From contig JBKCAB010000043.1 of the NCBI GenBank assembly GCA_046307935.1, positions 1-27,357 of the forward strand: a stretch of 27,357 bases of DNA, in the 5' to 3' direction. A program made the position numbers and the translations under genes. This document shows positions 26,093 through 27,357 of this stretch, piece after piece. The notes under the pieces are model-generated. The model saw only the letters and a list, made by a program, of their open reading frames with translations. It made no database searches and was not told the origin of the DNA. How positions within the stretch are numbered: the stretch's first letter is position 1; every line of letters begins with the position of its first letter. The stretch is from Bacteroidota bacterium (GTDB lineage Bacteria > Bacteroidota > Bacteroidia > Flavobacteriales_D > Crocinitomicaceae).

Positions 26093-27166
26093 TCAGAGTA
26101 CCTCTACACTTTTGAGAATAGCCTGGATCTCTCTCAGGGGAGCTGTCCAGCTGGCTGTCGACGGGGCATCTACATAACCACTGACGCAAATCAATTTTTT
26201 GCGTTTCGGATGCACGAAATGGAAAGCCCAGAATGCCCCTCCGGTAGCATGCACCGGCTTCCCTGTGAAAACGAACATTCCTCTGACCTCATACCCTTTT
26301 ACATTTCCGCTTGCCGTAATCATTTCATTGCCTTCCGGATAAACAAGTTCAGCGTACTGTGTTCCCATATACAATCCTTCGATCTCGTGCGGTGCATTGT
26401 ACTTGAGCATCGTATCCCTGGCCATAAGAAGGTTTTCGAGAATGAACTGTGAGGAATCCTTGTAATCATACTGATAGATCATGACTCCTGAAAAGATCGC
26501 TCCGGCCTCTTGTGTGCCGGCACCCACAAACTCAAGTGGGCGGGCCTTATCCGGAAATTCAAGCCGGTAGAAGTTCTTGCGCTTGGTTAGTATCCTGGTT
26601 CCCTCGGGAAGTGCGAGGTCTATACCGAACTGTTTACGCACCTCCTGCTGTACCGCCCTGTTCTCGTCCTTGCGAAATTGTTTTAACAAGCGTTTCCACT
26701 CCATGAGATCAAATTCGCGGTGAACAGCTTTCAGTCCGACCTTACACGCTTCAAGAAGCTGGTTGTAATCCTTTCCTACGATATCAATCACCAGCTGATC
26801 GTTTGCCCATACTCCAACTCGTTTGTTAATATTGGCTTTATTGCCTTTATGTTTCGGGTCAATGGTGACGAACAGTGTATTCCTATACCGCTTTATTCCC
26901 TGCTCAAATTTGGATGGTACACGATGAATGAGTTCAAAGGTCGCTACATCCGGAAAATAGGGCATTATGAACTGTGTAAGGTTCGAATCGAGGTATTGTT
27001 TGATCTCCGAGTTCCAGATACCGCTTTCACAAACAACAAGGATCTCTCCAACATTTCCGGTTACGGAAAGCCCATCCGAAGTGAACTTGCGGTCTGAAAT
27101 TCCACAATTCTGCAATGTGAAGGCGAGGGAAAGGACCAGAAAACCTGCAAAGATCAGCTTGTACAT
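26093..27166 (-). CDS. DUF4837-like lipoprotein
   Basis: Lipoprotein-type signal ending LQNC (Cys21). The segments GMYMGT-like GLYMGT, EVRGMF and GGAFW and the position downstream of a LysM gene fit DUF4837 as I recall it; an HMM search is needed. Confidence 0.65.
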   Translation of the reverse strand: MYKLIFAGFLVLSLAFTLQNCGISDRKFTSDGLSVTGNVGEILVVCESGIWNSEIKQYLDSNLTQFIMPYFPDVATFELIHRVPSKFEQGIKRYRNTLFVTIDPKHKGNKANINKRVGVWANDQLVIDIVGKDYNQLLEACKVGLKAVHREFDLMEWKRLLKQFRKDENRAVQQEVRKQFGIDLALPEGTRILTKRKNFYRLEFPDKARPLEFVGAGTQEAGAIFSGVMIYQYDYKDSSQFILENLLMARDTMLKYNAPHEIEGLYMGTQYAELVYPEGNEMITASGNVKGYEVRGMFVFTGKPVHATGGAFWAFHFVHPKRKKLICVSGYVDAPSTASWTAPLREIQAILKSVEVL

Positions 27167-27203
27167 ACATCCGTTTTTTCAATTCTCTTCAAGTTCGGGC
27201 ACA

Positions 27204-27357
27204 TCATTTTACCCGAATACGCTGTCCCACCCTCAACAGGCTGATATTTATCCCGGGATTCAGTTTTTTTAGCTCGTTCACTGACACATTGTGCCGGTCG
27301 GCAATTCGGGAGAAAGTGTCACCTGACTTGACGGTGTAATATTTTTTTGCCGGTGGC
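27204..27357 (-). CDS. 3' end of a LysM-domain protein (partial, runs off the right edge; possibly a lytic transglycosylase)
   Basis: Manual translation gives ..PPAKKYYTVKSGDTFSRIADRHNVSVNELKKLNPGINISLLRVGQRIRVK*, a canonical LysM domain. It is not in the ORF track. Confidence 0.85.
   Translation of the reverse strand, partial: PPAKKYYTVKSGDTFSRIADRHNVSVNELKKLNPGINISLLRVGQRIRVK

Overview
This is a densely coding Bacteroidota chromosomal segment. The assignment rests on two T9SS cargo proteins and recurring TAnnTTTG -7 promoter boxes; a Flavobacteriales origin is only my inference. No rRNA, tRNA, CRISPR array, integrase or transposase was seen. Contents in order: the 5' end of a truncated minus-strand gene; an APC amino-acid permease coupled to an SxxK/SDN serine hydrolase; an alpha/beta hydrolase; a beta-propeller/Y_Y_Y sensor with a SpoIIE (PP2C) output; a PKD/SprB-repeat T9SS type A protein; a TPP riboswitch-controlled TonB-dependent transporter, preceded by pnuC and a stand-alone NadR-type kinase; an AsmA-like protein; a small cationic secreted peptide gene; an MFS transporter; a DEAD-box helicase; a T9SS type B repeat protein; GT9; GT2; a DUF4837-like lipoprotein; and the LysM-encoding 3' end of a truncated gene. 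The best leads are: (1) a probable thiamine salvage module whose NadR-type kinase may act on thiamine; (2) two convergent 5x7-bp repeat arrays bracketing 91 bp at the riboswitch promoter; (3) a 66-aa strongly cationic secreted peptide with its own promoter and terminator; (4) a readable terminator/antiterminator platform for the riboswitch; (5) two probable leaderless GTG-start mRNAs. All family calls come from motif recognition by eye, not database searches.
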